A DNA stretch of 64,000 bases from the human T2T-CHM13v2.0 reference genome, Homo sapiens. Below the pieces are notes generated by a model. It was given only the letters and a program-made list of their open reading frames with translations, was not told the DNA's origin and did not search any database. Positions within the stretch are counted from its first letter, which is position 1. Each line of letters begins with the position of its first letter. The DNA is taken from NCBI RefSeq assembly GCF_009914755.1, contig NC_060943.1, one strand, 5' to 3'. The position numbers and the translations under genes are program-made. Below, piece by piece: positions 36,571 to 55,074 of the stretch.

Positions 36571-37699
36571 ACCCACACTAGTGTACTGTTACCCACATTT
36601 CACAAATTAGGTAAATGAGGCACAGAAAAGTTAGGCAACTTGACCAACATCACAGAGAAAATAGGTAGTGGAACTGGGAAATGAAAATAATGACAGATGC
36701 ACCACAAGTTCTAACAAGCAAAAGTAGCTTTTTCACACATCCACATCAGCAGAAAGCCACAAGCCCAATATTCCGGCGTAGACACTCTTTGAAAACCAGA
36801 ATTCCACAGCAATAACCACGATGACAACCACCATGTACTCAACACCCGCCTGGGCACGGGGCTCCCACAGCAGCTCACTTATTCCCAACAACTCTGCAAG
36901 GAGGATTTTACCATCCTCCTTTTACAAATCAGGGAATCAAGGATCATAGAAGCCACGTGACTTGTCCAAGTCAACATAGTTAAGTGACAGAACCATTAGC
37001 TGTCCCCAGGTACATCTGGACATAAAGTTCATGTTTATGCCACTGTGTCAGCATTTCCAAAAACTGATTTTAGGCGAAACGTAAGTAAGCTTTTTAAAAA
37101 CTTTAATACTTATGCGTTTATTTTAATATACATTGAGAAAACATTTAAGCACACATCAAATCTGTAATTTCATGGACAATATTGCATAAGACAAGGATGT
37201 TTTGTCTCCAACTCCTGGCCTCAAGCCATCCTCCCACCATAGCCTCTCGAGTAGCTGGGATCACAGATCTGAGCCACCGATCCCTGCTAGGACAGGATGT
37301 TTTGTAAACTAAATTTATTTAGAAAAAAGGATGAAATATATAATAATAAAGGTGGTACAAGCTAGAGAGAAAATCATAAAGTCAGCCTAGAAATGTCTGG
37401 TGTCTGGATGACATAAAGCTACAGCACTGTGAAGCCTCATTCTCAGTTACTCCCAGGAAATTAGAGTCACATAATGCTGCAGAAAGAACAGCTCAGAATC
37501 TTAGATCCGGGCTTTAGCCCTAGATATATCCATTTGTAGGACCCCAGACATCTCTGTGACCTCCTTGCTGGGAGTAAATCCAACCTTCCCAGACATGTGA
37601 GAACAGTAAGAAGACCCTGCACACACAAAGGAGTTTCTCCGTCACAGAGAAAATAACACCAGGTTCAGGGACCCCAGGGACTCTGCATGGTGCTGACAG

Positions 37700-38286
<587 letters not shown>

Positions 38287-38836
38287 TGATAAGAGGGAGG
38301 AAAATCCATTGATCATGTTTTCCAAGTTAATCATTACTGGCCACTACAATTAGAAAATGATAAGAATAAGAATTACATCAGGGTGATACTTTAAATAAAA
38401 ATATAACCAGGGCACTAAAACCTGTCTTTGACCACCAACCACAAGTTGCAAAATAACCACCACTCCTTAACTCATCCACCAGTATTTGCAATCAAATTTT
38501 AGGCACTGGCGTACAACAAATATCAGACAAGTCTCTGTGTTCAAAGAGCTTACACTCTTGCAGAGATGAAGATAGACACCCAAAGAGATCTAGAATGTGA
38601 GTTCAGGTGTTGACAAGAGCCCTGGAGGGAACAGAGCAGAAAAAGGTCAGAAAGGGAAGACCCAGGGTCTCTAGAGGAGGTGTCAGGGGAGGGATCTCCC
38701 AAGGATGCCCTGATGTGAGCAGGATCTGAGGGCAGTGGGGAGGGAGCCATGCAGACCCCTGGGGAAGGGGATTCCACACAGGAAAATGCCAAGGTTAGAG
38801 GTGCTGAAGAAAGAAAGGTCACGTTACTGACCTTGA

Positions 38837-39445
<609 letters not shown>

Positions 39446-40490
39446 TAGTGCAGGACACACACGGGGGAGACAAACTTCCACAGATCAGAATTCCTTTCCT
39501 GCATCCAGACCCTGCAGACACTCGCTGCAGAGGAAGGACAGTCTGATGGGGGGACTCAGCAGGGCAAGGTCAGTGTCAGAAAAGAACCCCATGGTCTCCC
39601 CATGGACCTGACCCTAAGAAAGACCCTGGAGAACTGGATCAGGGCCTGGCCTGAGGGGTCCCCCTAGGATTCTCAGAGAGAAGCTCAACTCTTCCCAGAA
39701 CTGAGCCCCTGTGCAAATCCCTGTCCCAGATTCCTGACTCCAGGTGACCCTGGGGACCCTAGGGATCCTGTGCCAGGGCTGAGTGAGGCCTCCTGGGCAG
39801 GGCTGACTGGGAGCAAGAATTTACCAGCTGTCTGAGGGTCGTGGCTCCTGGAGTTGGTCACCAGCCAGGGTCCAGCCCCAAGAACCTCTCCTGGGCAAGG
39901 ACAGGGCCTCATCCTTTACCTGAGACTCAGCATGGAGTGAACAGATGGACAAGATTACTAGGGCATGAGCCCACTGCCCAGGGGAACTTAGATGACTCCA
40001 TGGGAAGTTCAGTATCCCCAGGGGGAGGAAAAAGAAGAGAGAAGATGCTCCCAGCAGCTCCTTTTCCACAAGGGATCAGACTCAGGGACCTCTCTTTTGG
40101 AGGCAAATAAGCATAGATGCTGTTCCTTTGGGCAGCTCCTCTATACACAGCTGAGGTCAAGTAATTGTAAATATTTTGAGATTAATTCACAAACAACGTC
40201 ACAGCCAAATAGCACTTATCCTACTTATTGAAAAAAAAAATTGAGGAACAGGGAGACAGTCACCGACTAGGGTCACACAAGTCAAAGGTGTCAGATTAGA
40301 GTCACACGAGGTCTCTCTGCAGCCACAGCTGCCTCTTCTCCACCAGGGGACGGCTGGCGTTATTATTAGACATCTGCAGGCCTGAGACCAGTCCTAAGTT
40401 CTCTTTCCTTTTTCTTGGGCATCCACATCTCAGAGGGGGAGATTTTGGTCTGGAGAGTAAGGGGCAAATGGAAAATTAATCAATTTTTCC

Positions 40491-40908
40491 TGATATAGTT
40501 TGGATGTTTATCCTCTCCAAATCTCATGTTGAAATGTGATCCCCAACATTGGAGGTGAGGCCTGGTGGGAGGCGATTGGATCATGGGGGGCTGTTTCTCA
40601 TGAGTGGCTCAGCACCATCCCCTTGGTGACAAGTCAGTTCTCACTTTGAGTGCACAGGAGATCTGGTTCTTTAAAAGTGTGTGGCGCCTCCACACTCTCT
40701 CTTGCTCCTGCTTTTGCCACATGACACCACCTGCTCCCCCTTCTCCTTCCACCATGATTGTAAGCTTGCTGGGTCTCACCAGAAGCCGAGCAGACGCTGG
40801 TGCCATGCCTGTATAGCCTGCAGATCCCTGCATCAATTAAATCTCTTTTCTTTATAAATTACCCAGCCTCAGACATTTCCTTATAGTAACAAAAAATAGC
40901 CTAACACA
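40491..40908 (+). mobile_element. MST-family MaLR solo LTR
   Basis: TGATATAGTTTGGATGTT...AATTAAATCTCTTTTCTTTATAAATTACCCAGCCTCAG...CTAACACA. Confidence 0.88.
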
Positions 40909-41357
40909 TTAGCCTAACCTAGAACTAAATCCCTTGTGTCAACAGAGTCAGTGCCAGGAATGTCCGGGCCTCCCTCTCAGATGCGCACCACTGCCCTCAC
41001 TCGACCTGAAATCCTGTGTTTCCTGATGTGTCAGTGACACTCCCACAGGAGGATAAAACACTCCCCACTCACACCCTGCACCAGCGCAGGGCCCAGTGAG
41101 AGACACACACTCAGTAGTTCTCTGACGAAGGAGGGAAGGAATGAATGATGAATAATTCTTAAACTCTTCAGAGACCGGATCTTGGATGCAGAATCCTATA
41201 AGGTTCTGGCCACACCTGTTTCCTGTCCCTCCAGGGGCCGGGATCCTTGTTGCATTCCTCTAACCCCTGCCCCTAAAGCTACCCCAAGAACCGCATCTCA
41301 TGGGACTCTGGCACAGCTCACCTGTGGGAAGGTTTTCAGGTCTCCCTGGTCCTGGTT

Positions 41358-42366
41358 TGTGGGCGGCAGGTCACCCAGGCGCCGAGGCAAGAGACCAAGG
41401 ACACGAGCTGTTCCAGTATAATAAAATATAAAACAAGAAAAGTTATACCAGATATAGATCTTAGATATGATTATATGTGAATATCATTAATCATTAGTTG
41501 GTAGCAATTACTCTTTATTCCAGTATTATAATAATCCTCGCTCTATAATCACAACCTAGGAAAAGCCAGGCCATACAGAGATAGGAGCTGGGGAGACATA
41601 GTGAGAAGTGACCAGAAGACAAGAGTGCGAGCCTTCTGTTATGCCCAGACAGGGCCACCAGAAGGGCTCCTTGGTCTAGCGGTGACACTAGCGCCTGGGA
41701 AGACGCCCGTTGCCAGGCAGACCGAGGTCTAGCGGTAGCGTAAGTGTCAAGGGAAAACACCCGCTACTTGGCAGACCGGGAAAGGGAGTCTCCCTTTCCC
41801 CAGGAGAGTTTAGAGAAGACTTTGCTCCTCCACCTCTTGTGGAGGGCCAGACACCAGTCAGGTCCACTCGCAGTTATCCGGAGGCCTAACCGTCTCCCTA
41901 TGATGCTGTGCTTCAGTGGTCACGCTCCTAGTCCGCCTTCACGTTCCATCCTGTACGCCTGGCTCTGCCTTCTAGATAGCAGTAGTAAATTAGTGAAAGT
42001 ACTAAAAGTCTCTGATATGCAGAAATAATGGCATAAGCTGTCTTTCTCTTTGTCTCCTCTCTCTCTCTGCCTCATCTGCCAGGCAGGGAAGGGCCCCCTG
42101 TCCAGTGGACACATGACCCACGTGACCTTACCTATCATTGGAGATGACTCACACTCTTTACCCTCCCCCTTTTGCTTTGTATCCAATAAATAACAGCGCA
42201 GTCAGACATTCGGGGCCACTACCAGTCTCCGCGCATTGGTGGTAGTGATCCCCCCGGGGCCCAGCTGTCTGTTCTTTTATCTCTTTATCTTGTGTCTTCA
42301 TTTCTACACTCTCTCGTCTCCGCACATGGGGAGAGACCCACCGACCCTGTGGGGCTGGTCCCTACA
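41358..42366 (+). mobile_element. LTR13-type (ERVK class) solo LTR
   Basis: TGTGGGCGGC...CCCTACA, perfect 6-bp TSD CTGGTT (41352-41357, 42367-42372), AATAAA at 42185. Confidence 0.88.
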
Positions 42367-42809
42367 CTGGTTCTAGAATAACCAGGGGTCTCCTGGTCCC
42401 TAGGGTCTCTGAGGTCACTGTAGTCCCCACAGCTCACTGTGATGTAATCTCTGGCTATCTCTGCTACCCCTTGTCCCTTATCTTCCTCCCCTTTCACACC
42501 AGTGAGGATGCCCCTGCCCTGCACAGCTTCCTCCACCCTTAGGTCTTCCCCAGGAACTCCCTCTAACAAGACTGGCTGTTCTGTTCCCTTCCCACTCACA
42601 CTGTGGCCTGGCCCACCTCCGGGGCAATAAAAAAAGGCACAGAAATCAGCTGGATCAGAGCCCCTGCCAGGCTTCATCATGAGCCAGTGTCCCCAGGCCA
42701 CCAGGAGAACGAGCTTCCACTGTGTCCCCACCCAGGGCTCTTTCCCTTCTTGAGGCCAACATGTGGAAAAGGCCACAGGACAGGGACGAGCGACTCCTCC
42801 ACCTACTCT

Positions 42810-43500
42810 TGTAATTTCCCAGCAGGTTTTTCCTGCCACTGCACAGACAAAACCAATTCACTGAGACCACGATATTGCAGTCAAGAAAGAGTTTAATTAA
42901 TGCTAAGTAAGCCAAACAGTAAGACAAGAGTTTATTATTACTTAAATCAGCCTCCCTGGAGGCTTGAGATTAGAGTTTTTCATGGATAGTTTGATGGCAG
43001 GGGACTAGGGAATGGGGAAAGCTGATTGGTTGGGGATAAAATCATAGGGATGTGGCAACTGATCCTGGTGTGCTGAAACTGCCTCTGAGTGGGGGCCACA
43101 AGACCACTGAATCATGGGTCACAGTCCAGGTGGAGTCAGTCAGTTGCCAGAATGCAGAAGTCTGAGAAACATCTCAAAAGACCAATCTCAGGTTCTACAA
43201 TAGTGATATTATCTATGGGAGCAATTAGGGAAGTCACAAATCTTGTGACCCTCCCATAATGCTGATCTCGTAATGTTTCATTAGTTTACAAAGGCAATCC
43301 CTGACAAAGAGGAAGTTAGTTTTAGGGAGGGACTATAATCATCCTTGCTTCAAAGTTAAACTATACACTGAATTTTTCCCGTGGTTAGCCTGGCTTGTGC
43401 CCAGGAATGAGCAAGGACAGCCACTCTGAGGCTAGAAGCCAGATGAAGTCAGCCATGCTAGCTTACTCTCGCCATCTTAATCTTTGCAAAAGTGGTTTCA
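42810..43500 (-). mobile_element. LTR8B-like ERV1 solo LTR
   Basis: Reverse complement begins TGAAACCACTTTTGCAAAGATT...CTAGCATGGCTGACTTCATC; 4-bp TSD CTCT; empty site in CEACAM6 at ~362-372. Confidence 0.82.
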
Positions 43501-43639
43501 CTCTCTACAATGACTCACCAGGGGTCAGAGGCAAGAGGAGAGGTCTGCAGTCCCCAAAGCTCATGGCTCATTTCACCCATTTCCCTCCCGACTCCACCCT
43601 CATTCAGCTATGGGGCTCCCATCCTCCAGTCATTCCCTA

Positions 43640-44784
43640 GAGACTTCTGGTGTCCAATTTGGCATGTAAGAAGCTTGAAATCTGTCACTCAGTTATAACA
43701 AGTATAAAACTGAACAAACTGAAAAATCAACAACTCTTTTAGATCCCTCAGAGAAGCTAGGCCTCAGTGTTAATTGCCCCGCATATTGGAGAGACCGACA
43801 GGCAAAGATGGAGCAGCACACCTCACCTGGGCAGAAGCCCAGGGACAGAAACCCTGCAGAACCAGCGCTGGGGTCGGAAATCTGAACTGTAACTGACAAA
43901 TTGCTGGAGGCTCAGCGTGGACATGCCCCAGAGTTAAACTAAACACTCCAGGGGAGGGATCAATCTTGGGGCTGGGACAAGGAGGGACTCTTTTGTGAGT
44001 CTTAACTCCTAGAGCTACCAGATTCTCATAGTGAATAGGCAACAAAGATCCCCTCCTCCTTCCTGAAGCGGGAGGGGGAAAGGAATTATTTGGAAAGATC
44101 TCCGTGAATTCTATTCTTCTTAGCAACAGCTGCCTTTAAGAGAAACTTTTACCAGAGCCTGACCTGCTGGGGTTTTATGGGAGCCTAACTGGCCTGGCAG
44201 TGGGTAAATGTCCAACTCCAGCCCCCTGTAGCCATCATGTCCCACCTAAGGGGGCAAAAATACAGAGAGTCACTTATGAAGTTCACAGCCCAGGCTGCAG
44301 ACCTCATCCAGGACCACAGAACCCTTCCCTCCCCACACTCACCACAGCGTCACTGAACACCTGCTCACCCAAGTTCCTTTTACCCAGAATATCATGTCTG
44401 GCTTTCAACAAAACTGCACAAGATAGACTAAGGCAAAAACAAAAAAAATGCAATTTGAAACTCAGAACAACAATCAGAACCAGACTCAGATGTGGCAGGG
44501 ATGTTGAAATTAGCAGAACGGGAATTTAAAACAACTCTGGTTAATACAGTAAAGGTTATGATGGAAAAAGTAGACCCCATGCAGGAACAGATGGGTGATG
44601 TAAGCAGAGAGATCGATATTCTAAGACAGAACCAAAAGAAATGCTAGAGATAAAAAAAGAAACCCTCCTGTAAGGTAAATGAAGAATGCCCTCAATGGGC
44701 TTACTGGTAGCCTGGACACAGCTGAGGAAAGAATCTCTAGCTTGAGGGTGTGTCACTAGAAACTTCCAAAACTGAACAGCAAAG

Positions 44785-44785
<1 letters not shown>
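43640..44785 (+). mobile_element. Old L1 5'/ORF1 fragment
   Basis: ORF1-like phrases (atggaaaaagtagacccc, aagaatgccctcaatgggctt, aaacttccaaaactgaa). Confidence 0.7.
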
Positions 44786-45576
<791 letters not shown>

Positions 45577-46403
45577 AGAGTGGGGAAAAAAAGTGGAAAA
45601 GCATATTCAACTTCACATTCAATATTTTGTATTGACAATGGCATATTTTATATTTTCTAAAAGCTGTAACATACATGTAATGGGAATACTGGTGGTTCCT
45701 GGGACCAGGTGGAGCTGGCCAGCCCTATGCTGTCTGATGGGCCCACTGCCTGTTCCACACACACCTGTGTCCCTCATGATGATGCCATTATCATAAGATG
45801 GGGTCTTCGGGTGGGGAGATGCACCAGCCACCGGCATCTCACTTAGACTCTGCCCAATTCGGGCTAATTTAATCAAATTGTAGTTGTGTTTCCTGAGGCG
45901 TAAAGAAAAGGAGGAAGGTGTTTCATATGCCTGTTTAGGACCCTTCCTATTTTGCCTAACTCTGCACAGGAAATGGAGGTGAGGGCTCTTTCGACATTTA
46001 CTGACATACACACATCACATCTCCTAATTTGGTATTTTTCTTCTCTGTGTATTATTGAGACATCTCAGACTTTCCCTCTGACCAGTTCTGTCTTCCTAAC
46101 AGGACTCACAATTCTCTCTCTACCCAGAGAGTCACTGATTTCAAACCAAAGTCAGCATCTTTCTTTGAGCTTAACATGATTATGCTGGTCTTCAGCATTT
46201 AGCAGACCTAAACCTTATTATGTTATCAAGAGAAATGCTACAGCAACCAATTGACCTCAGACCTTTCGACCATTAATAATAATTTCCACTGATAGAAAAA
46301 AAATTAATTTCCCCCAAATTTCTTTTTTTTTTTTCACTATAGTGAGATCATAACTCCTTTGTCTAAACTCCTGACAAATTTTTAAGGGCAAAATGGACTA
46401 TTA

Positions 46404-46633
46404 CAGATGGAGAATCCCAAATCCAAAAATCCAAAATACAAAATGTGCCAATATCCAAAATTTTTTGACCACTGGCATGATGTTCAAAGGAAATGCTCAC
46501 TGGAGCATTTTGAAATTTTAGATTTTCAGATTTGGGATGCTAAACCGATACTTGTAATACAAATATTCCAAAATAAAAAATAATTAGAAATCCAAAACAC
46601 TTTTGCTCTTATGCATAAGAGATACTCAAACTC
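46404..46633 (+). mobile_element. Tigger4a/MER46A-like element, paralogous to 1195-1431
   Basis: Same internal sequence and flanks as in CEACAM6 intron 2. Confidence 0.75.
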
Positions 46634-46769
46634 TATTAATTATAGACACCAAGCTGTACAGCAGATCTCTAGAACCTCCATATTTTGCATAATTGAAACT
46701 GCACACCCAAGGAACAACTCCCTGCCAGCCCTTGGAAATCACCACTCTGCTCTTTTATTCTTTTTTCTT

Positions 46770-48468
<1,699 letters not shown>

Positions 48469-48588
48469 TGTCTTGGTCTTTTAAGGAGTGGAGTTGGCCA
48501 AATAGGAGATGTTGATTCTGATTAAAATATGCCTGTGGAGGAATCACAGGTGCCACACAGGGCAATCTTCTCTCTGTTTTCTGCACAG

Positions 48589-49019
<431 letters not shown>

Positions 49020-49252
49020 TGACCAAGAATAGGAGGGGAGAGGCTGCTCCTGTCCTGGGAGGCTCAGGGTCCACAGCCTGTGATGGGAGAAACAGGTGAA
49101 TATCTCAGACCCAGACTCAGTGGACAGATTGGGTTTCGTTAGGACTTCAAGGTTGTGACTTGGCTCACAGGGACACTGTGGCTCTTCCACAGACCAGGAG
49201 CTTCCCCTTCCCTTTGATGATATCATCTATGACTTTATTCTCGCTACTCCAG

Positions 49253-49507
49253 ATGGACCGGGCATTCCCACCATTTCCCCCCCAGACTCCTATTACCATC
49301 CAGGGGCAAATCTCAACCTCTCCTGCCACATGGCCTCTAACCCACCTGCACAGTACTCCTGGTTTGTCAGTGGAATGCTCCAGCAACACACACAAAAGCT
49401 CTTTATCCCCAACATCGCAGTGGATAAGAGTGGATCCTATGCTTGCCTCGCCCATAACTCAGCCACTGGCCTCAGTACAATCACAGTCAAGACAATCACA
49501 GTCTCTG
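49253..49507 (+). pseudogene. B-domain pseudo-exon in CEACAM3 intron 2 (frame open, donor dead)
   Basis: 255 nt, intact acceptor and both Ig cysteines; donor GTAAGT>CTAAGT. Confidence 0.92.
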
Positions 49508-50154
49508 CTAAGTGGATCCCTGGAGCATAGGCCCTGAGCCCTGGGTAAAGCCACTCAGTTTTCTGAAAGAGCCTAGAAGTTTATTTCCCAGCCCATGTCT
49601 TGGACACAAGCAAATCCCAAACTCTACCCTGAGCCCTCTCACTCCACCTCTGCAGGACCCCTCCTCCCCTTGTTGTTCTGATTTCTCACAGCTGACCTTG
49701 GGGCCAGCCTGGAATGTTGTACAAATTTTGTTTTATCACTTACGAGTTCTGTGACCTTCCTTGACTTACTGAGGTGCTTTAAGTCTCAGATTCTAACTCT
49801 GCAGCTGGGGGTGATGCCCCCTCTCCCTCAAGGTGATGTAAGGATGAGATGAGTTGTAGGTAGGTTGGTGCCCACTGGAACTGGCACATGGAAGGCCCCT
49901 GAAAACAGTCAATGAACATCATCCCTGCTTATCAGCATTGAGTTGATGCCAAGGGCCTGCCCTTTGTGAGTGTCATGGGATGGAAAAGGAGAAACAGAGG
50001 GAAGAGGCATGATGCGAGAGGAAGGAGGGACTAAAAGGCACAGGAGCAGGGTGAGGTGCAGGCACCTCTGGGACAATGTATGAGTTGGTGCCGCCCAGTG
50101 TGTCAAGCCTGCAGAAAATGGTGCCACCATGGAAAGCAAGGGAATCTGTGATGA

Positions 50155-50448
<294 letters not shown>

Positions 50449-51442
50449 TGACTCCAGGCCAAAAGAAAGGAGACCTTGTCCTGTATTCAGGGCCAGGCTC
50501 TCCACGGCCTCCCAAGTCCCCAGGGATCCTTCCCTCTTATTCCACGGCTCCTCCCTCGTCAGCTCCTGACCCTGGGTTGCTGCCTCAACAGCTTCCTCCT
50601 CTGTGAATTTGGCCCAATTAAGGCCCCACCCCTGAGTGTGGCCCTAGTTCCCTCACACAGCAAAGCCACAGCTGCCTGGAGGGAGGGAGAGAAGGAGGGA
50701 GGGAAGTAGGGAGGGAGGGAGGGAGGGCGTGCTCTGTACTTGGTACCTCCCATTGTTCATTGAATCCATCCACACAGTGAGGGGGATTTGCAGGCTCCGG
50801 ATCCTGGGCACCGTCACACAATGGGGAGTGGACCAGCCTGGACAGGCTGGGTGGGGTCAGTGCCCCCCATGGCTGATGTGGTAACCATAGGCCCTGAGGT
50901 GTGAGATGGGAGAACCTGGGCCTCAGAACAGCATGTCCTGGAGCGTCCTTTGTGTCTCTTGCCAAGGGGTTGAGAGAGAGGACAAGGACACTGTCCTATT
51001 TCAGCATCACCAGCCCTGAGTGCAGGGTCTGGCCACAGCAGGGACACTGAGTTCCAGGAGAATCCAAGACACTTGCGGTCCCCTCCGTGTCCTGCACACG
51101 TGGCCCTGCTTTGCCTCTGGGGACTTGACCCTTCCTCTCAGGCAAACCCTCGTGGTCTGTTTCCTTCCTTGGGTCCTCAGTCCCTTTCCTGGGTCCCTGG
51201 GTCAATGTTCTCCTGGCCCGGCATCTGCCTGAGGGTCCTTCCTCTCTGCTCAGGACAGATGTGGGTTCCTAAAGCCTTTCCTCAACTCCCCTCTGCTGGG
51301 CTCCCCCTAACACAAACCTGAGGGAGACAGGAGGTCTCCATGCCCATCCTTGAAAATGGGGTTCCCTTCTTGTCCCCTGTTCGAACTCCAAAGTTGTGGC
51401 TTTTAACCTGGCACCCTCCCAAATGACCCTGACCTTTCCTAG

Positions 51443-51495
51443 AACCAGCATCCAGCGTGACCTCAAGGAGCAGCAGCCCCAAGCCCTTGCCCCTG
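51443..51495 (+). CDS. CEACAM3: CEACAM3 cytoplasmic exon 1 (TSIQRDLKEQQPQALAP)
   Basis: 53 nt, cctag| and |gtgagt, in frame. Confidence 0.95.
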
Positions 51496-51800
51496 GTGAG
51501 TGTCCTCTCAGCCCAGGTGTGGCTGGGAACCCCTAGGACAGCCCCACAGTGTCCGCTCCTGCCAGTCACTGCCAGGCAGACTCTGATCCTTTCCCGGGGG
51601 CTGCAAGGAGGATCTCATAAAACATCACACAGGGGACCCCAACTGCTTGGGTCAGCCCTCACCTGTGGGCTCTGGGTCATGGGTCACCTCCCCAACCTCA
51701 GCTGCTCAGGTATCTTAGAGCTGAGGACCCCCTACGCCTTCCTGGAGAGGGGATAAGGCTCTCCTCCCACCCTGCTGCTCACTCCTGTCTCTGTTTCCAG

Positions 51801-51832
51801 GCCGTGGTCCCTCCCACAGCTCTGCCTTCTCG
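51801..51832 (+). CDS. CEACAM3: CEACAM3 cytoplasmic exon 2 (GRGPSHSSAFS)
   Basis: 32 nt, ttccag| and |gtaagc. Confidence 0.95.
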
Positions 51833-52309
51833 GTAAGCCTGTCCCCTTCCAGCCCCTTTCTACTGGGGTCCCAGCTGTGCAGGCTCTGGGCAGAGGGACC
51901 ATCAGCCCCCCAGCACAGAACAGACCCACCTTCCCCCAAAACACACAGGACAAGGCTAGCCCTGCCCTGGCCAGGAGCTGGGCCTCCCTACAGGGTCAGG
52001 ACCACCCACGCCCTGTGCTGACCCCTCCCCGGGACCCTCCATCACCTGAGGAGACCCCTGGAGTGCAGCAGGTGCAGAGTGGACACTGGGACCATCAGTC
52101 AGGGGCCCACATTAACAAGGGTGCAGGGTGGGCCCAGCCAGGAAAAGGGTCAGGGTGCTGTGTCCACACTGGGAGGCTGAGCTCAGGGGCAGAGCTGGTC
52201 ACTCCTGAGGGGAAATGACCAGAAGTAAACACAGAGAAGTAAATCCTGGCCAATCAGAGACAGGAAACTTCCAGGCTGGGCCTCCATGACCCTCCCTCCC
52301 TGTCCACAG

Positions 52310-52375
52310 ATGTCCCCTCTCTCCACTGCCCAGGCCCCCCTACCCAACCCCAGGACAGCAGCTTCCATCTATGAG
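52310..52375 (+). CDS. CEACAM3: CEACAM3 cytoplasmic exon 3 ([22 protein letters not shown])
   Basis: 66 nt, ccacag| and |gtgagt; Pro-rich, carries the first ITAM-like Tyr. Confidence 0.95.
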
Positions 52376-52649
52376 GTGAGTGTGGGCCACGGATGTTCTG
52401 GTCCCACAGGCCCCAGGGGACCCAGGATCTTCCCCTACTGGCATCGGCTGAGCTCTGAGATTCAGGAAACTGCTGTGAAAATAAGAACGGGGGTGGCGAG
52501 CAGAGGAGGGAGGGGCTTGGGAGCAGGAACCCCCTGAGCACAGCCAGGTTCAGCCCCAGAGCAGCCCTGGATGGGCCCAGAGCCTGGGAGACGCCACACC
52601 CTGTTCTGAGGAGACTAGAGGGGTCCAGGCCTCTTCTCTGTTTTAACAG

Positions 52650-52715
52650 GAATTGCTAAAACATGACACAAACATTTACTGCCGGATGGACCACAAAGCA
52701 GAAGTGGCTTCTTAG
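52650..52715 (+). CDS. CEACAM3: CEACAM3 last coding exon (ELLKHDTNIYCRMDHKAEVAS*); 3'UTR to ~53035
   Basis: aacag| acceptor; completes the YEEL-x7-YCRM ITAM-like motif; exon sum 759 nt = 252 aa + stop. Confidence 0.96.
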   Translation, partial: ELLKHDTNIYCRMDHKAEVAS

Positions 52716-53009
52716 CTTCCGCCAGGAGCTGCTCCTGTGGGTTGATGGAGAGTCCCCAAGGCCCCCAGCCCTGGGGATGGGGAAGGACATGAAGCCTGAG
52801 CCAGAGAACCAGCTATAAGTCCTGAGAAGACACTGGTGTCTGGGGACAGGGAGGGATGGGGGTCCCTGATGAATATCTGGAGACCTCGACAGCCTGCCCT
52901 AGGCCCTGGGTGGGTCAGGACAAAGGCCTCTCATCACCGCAGAAAGCGGGGGCTTGCAGGGAAAGTGAATGGGCCTGTGGCCCACCTGGGGTCACTTGGA
53001 AAGGATCTG

Positions 53010-53015
53010 AATAAA
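53010..53015 (+). terminator. CEACAM3 polyadenylation signal
   Basis: AATAAA ~295 nt after the stop, with downstream GT/T-rich ctgtttttct. Confidence 0.85.
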
Positions 53016-53939
53016 GGGGACCCTTCCTCTCATTAGCTGTTTTTCTGCTAGTGGGAACTTAGCAAAAATTCGCCTGAAACTCCATATCCATTCTCTCCTG
53101 GGTCACACAAGGAAAATGTCATCTCCAACTTATTTCAACCCCAGTCTCTCTTCCCTGGGAGGCAGAAATAGGGGGTTGGGAGTCAGGCTGGGGTGGACCC
53201 TACACAGGAAAGGGCAGGATTCACAGGAGACCTGCCCAGCCAGCTGAGCGCTCGGCTGTGCTCATACTGCCCCAGGGACCCACGGTGCCTAGCCCTGGCC
53301 ACTGGGTTTCTTCTCTGTCCAAAAGGCCAGTGCTCAGGACATCTTTACCCATATCAGGGGACACACAGAGGGCCTGTCAGAGTAATCAAGGTGAGGACAG
53401 ACCCAGAATTTAGTCCTGGAGTAAAATCCTCCCAGACACTACCTGGGACTCTAGCCCATCATTTCCCATCAGTTCCCACTTTACCCCCTGGAGTGGATCT
53501 CACTGAACAATCCTCCACTCCACACAGGAGATTCCAGGTCAGAGACACAGGGCTCTCTCACCTAAAGCTCACGCAGTCTACCATGGCAATGGGACAACCT
53601 CTCTCCTCTTCTCCCTGGCCTGCAGGGCCCTCCACTCAGGCCTCACCAGCAGCTCCACCACATACCTGGGCCGGCGGTTCTCTGTCCCTCCTGAGGGCCC
53701 TGGGGAGTGTAATGATCTCATGTAGGTTCACTCAGACCAGGTGTCCCCTTCCCACAATCAGGCTGGTCCCTGCACTAAAGCACAGAGCCACGGTTCCTGA
53801 GGGTATTCTGCCACTGCCCAGGGTTGTTTGCCATGAGATGGGAAGTAGGAAAAACAACCTGCAAATTTACATCAGGATTTAGCTCTAAATGACTCCTTAC
53901 CTCACTTGTACACATCGTCAGATGAGACAAGGTGATGTC

Positions 53940-55074
<1,135 letters not shown>

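Noticed and set aside
53193-53882. 229-aa ORF downstream of CEACAM3
   Set aside because: GTG start, beyond the poly(A) signal, no recognisable domain; expected by chance in GC-rich sequence
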